From Octopus sinensis (lineage: Eukaryota), in contig NC_043007.1 in NCBI RefSeq assembly GCF_006345805.1, positions 15,686,001 to 15,750,000 on the forward strand: a stretch of 64,000 bases of DNA, read 5' to 3'. Each line of letters begins with the position of its first letter. Positions within the stretch are counted from its first letter, which is position 1. Below are positions 62,801-64,000 of the stretch, piece after piece. The position numbers and the translations under genes were made by a program. The notes under the pieces were generated by a model. That model saw only the letters and a list, made by a program, of their open reading frames with translations, ran no database searches and was not told where the DNA came from.

Positions 62801-64000
62801 CGGTTTTTTGTTATCTAAAAGTCAGTTCCAAGATGATAACAATAAACACCTTCTATTGGCCATAGATAATGAAATACGCATGCGTTGAAAAGTATGTAAA
62901 AGCAAAATGAAAAACAATAATGCATAATATACATTACAGAGAATGCATATATATATATATATATATGTGTATGTATTCGTTTGTTGCTATTTTGGGTGAA
63001 CATCTTGGCCAACAACCAAGAAGCCTGAAGGCTCAATAGAAAAAGGTCTCGACCTCAGGTTTATGCCATTTATTCCATACATATATATGTATGTGCGCGT
63101 GTATGTATGCGTGCGCGCAAGTATGTATATGTATGTATATATAAATATATATTATATGTGTATGTATGTGTGCGTATATATATGTGTGCGTATATATATG
63201 TGTGTGTGTGTGTATGTGTGTATATGGATATGTATGTATGTATGCATGTATGTATGTGTGAATGTTTGTATACGTATATACGTGTGCACAGCGATATGTG
63301 AGTTTAAGCAAACTTTGTTCGCAGATACATTAATATGCTTGAGACGTATTTACTTTCGCCGCAAGTAAATAATATATAGTATATCATGTCATAATTTAAT
63401 AGGGTTGATTCTTTGTGGAAGCTGGTCACATTATTGACATTTATCATCCAAATTTTAAAATCTATAGCTGTTTTCTCCATCTTGATTTATAGACGATAGC
63501 TTACAAAATTCTACTCTTCTTTTGTATCTTTTTTCAATCCAATTTTTTTACTATAAAAGTAGTATTTTTAGTTTGTAATATTACTTTAACCCATTTCAGC
63601 CATGCAGGTAGCTTCTCTCTGTGGTCTTTCGGATTGATGGAAATAGCTGCCAATTATCTGCTAAGTCATGTTACTGCCACTTTAAAAAGAAAAAGAAAGA
63701 ACGTGTTTAAAAAATATAATTTTAGATATATGAGTGTTCACAATTTAAATCCGTTTGAATTACTGATTATCTTGATCAAGTCGGTGCCCCAGCATGGCCG
63801 CAGTCATCTGAAAAAGTGAAAAAAAAACCAGAAAGATAAAAGACATCGAGTTACGGACGATCCTTCGTGGGCCTAATGTTGTTCGCCGATACGAACAGCA
63901 GCAAAGTATTTACCTTTGGAATAGGGACCTTGCTCCTACTGGGGTAGTGCGGTAAGAGACTTCATTAGGGTTCTAGAATCGTTTTGGGGAACATTCCGGT

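Overview
AT-rich, repeat-dense animal DNA. The SINE families and the (TA)n/(TACA)n/(GATA)n load resemble coleoid cephalopod (Octopus-like) sequence; this is recall-based inference, not a database result. I cannot support any host protein-coding gene, so the window is probably intergenic or deep intronic. Nearly all supplied ORFs are microsatellite read-through. Recognisable coding remnants are all transposon-derived: a 5'-truncated but nearly intact Penelope-like element (RT + GIY-YIG, minus strand, ~16.1-18.9 kb), several CR1/L2-group LINE fragments, R4/Dong-like RLE 3' ends in (TAA)n arrays, and Tc1, DD37D/maT-type mariner and piggyBac relics. About 30 copies of three tRNA-derived SINE groups are present, plus a full-length 5S rRNA copy split by a 412-bp MITE with an 8-bp TSD, and a 100-N assembly gap. 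The most interesting signals are: (i) minimal, probably dimer-acting hammerhead ribozyme motifs at Penelope-type ends, with inverted/fold-back copies that start at or next to the predicted cleavage site; (ii) the MITE inside 5S rDNA; (iii) a CATGGCC-stem-loop 3' motif shared, with compensatory changes, by several LINE families and a SINE; (iv) a long-TIR Academ-like element.
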